Virus record (IMG/VR): IMGVR_UViG_3300043429_001367
Coordinates: 1 to 55,610 of that record
DNA length: 55,610 nt
Reading direction: 5' to 3' (one strand)
Source: a virus
Taxonomy: Duplodnaviria > Caudoviricetes
In this document: positions 55,461 to 55,610 of the stretch, one piece after another
Numbering within the stretch: the first letter of the stretch is position 1
Layout: each line of letters starts with the position of its first letter
The notes under the pieces: model-generated
What the model was told of the DNA's origin: nothing
What the model saw: the letters and a program-made list of their open reading frames with translations, nothing else
Database searches by the model: none
Program-made: the position numbers and the translations under genes

Positions 55461-55610
55461 ATGGGACGTTTAAGGTCATGCGAAGATGCGGCGTATATAG
55501 CCAGTATTGCAAGTGAAGTCACCGATCTTTTCGGCACTGATGATGCTGCTCTTTATCGTTACATTGCAGCATGGCCTGAAAACATCGCAAGGAAAGATCC
55601 TGTTTGGGAT
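55461..55610 (+). CDS. partial CDS running off the window, possibly gp14-like neck protein
   Basis: GGAG SD; MGRLRSCEDAAYIASIASEVTDLFG...DPVWD. Confidence 0.4.
   Translation, partial: MGRLRSCEDAAYIASIASEVTDLFGTDDAALYRYIAAWPENIARKDPVWD

Noticed and set aside
1-55610. Stop-codon reassignment, tRNA genes, integrase or transposase
   Set aside because: Core genes are intact in code 11 and TAA, TGA and TAG all end well-packed genes. No tRNA or recombinase was recognised by eye; tRNAscan was not run.

Overview
This window is a segment of a large tailed dsDNA phage with a T4-like head module and the standard genetic code. The left end carries a candidate small terminase, an intein-containing large terminase and a gp20-like portal. 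About 30 kb of accessory genes follow: lipoproteins and secreted proteins, glycosyl- and methyltransferases, an RRM protein, a PLA2-like protein, a minimal ligase and RHH regulators. The right part holds prohead core, protease-scaffold, gp23-like capsid, CHAP amidase, gp13-like neck and fibre/structural genes. The most striking signal is the TerL intein (2559-3701). It has no in-frame endonuclease; instead a 3xHTH-HNH endonuclease gene with its own Shine-Dalgarno lies on the opposite strand entirely inside the intein while the + frame stays open. Other signals are six sigma28/FliA-like promoters with a shared downstream motif, a 45-aa ORF whose RBS can pair with a perfect 17-nt complement at the predicted 3' end of its transcript, and an A9 tract where a -1 shift would add a transmembrane anchor. 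A Bdellovibrionota/Oligoflexia-like host is inferred only from gene style. All calls come from motif reading by eye; no database searches were run.
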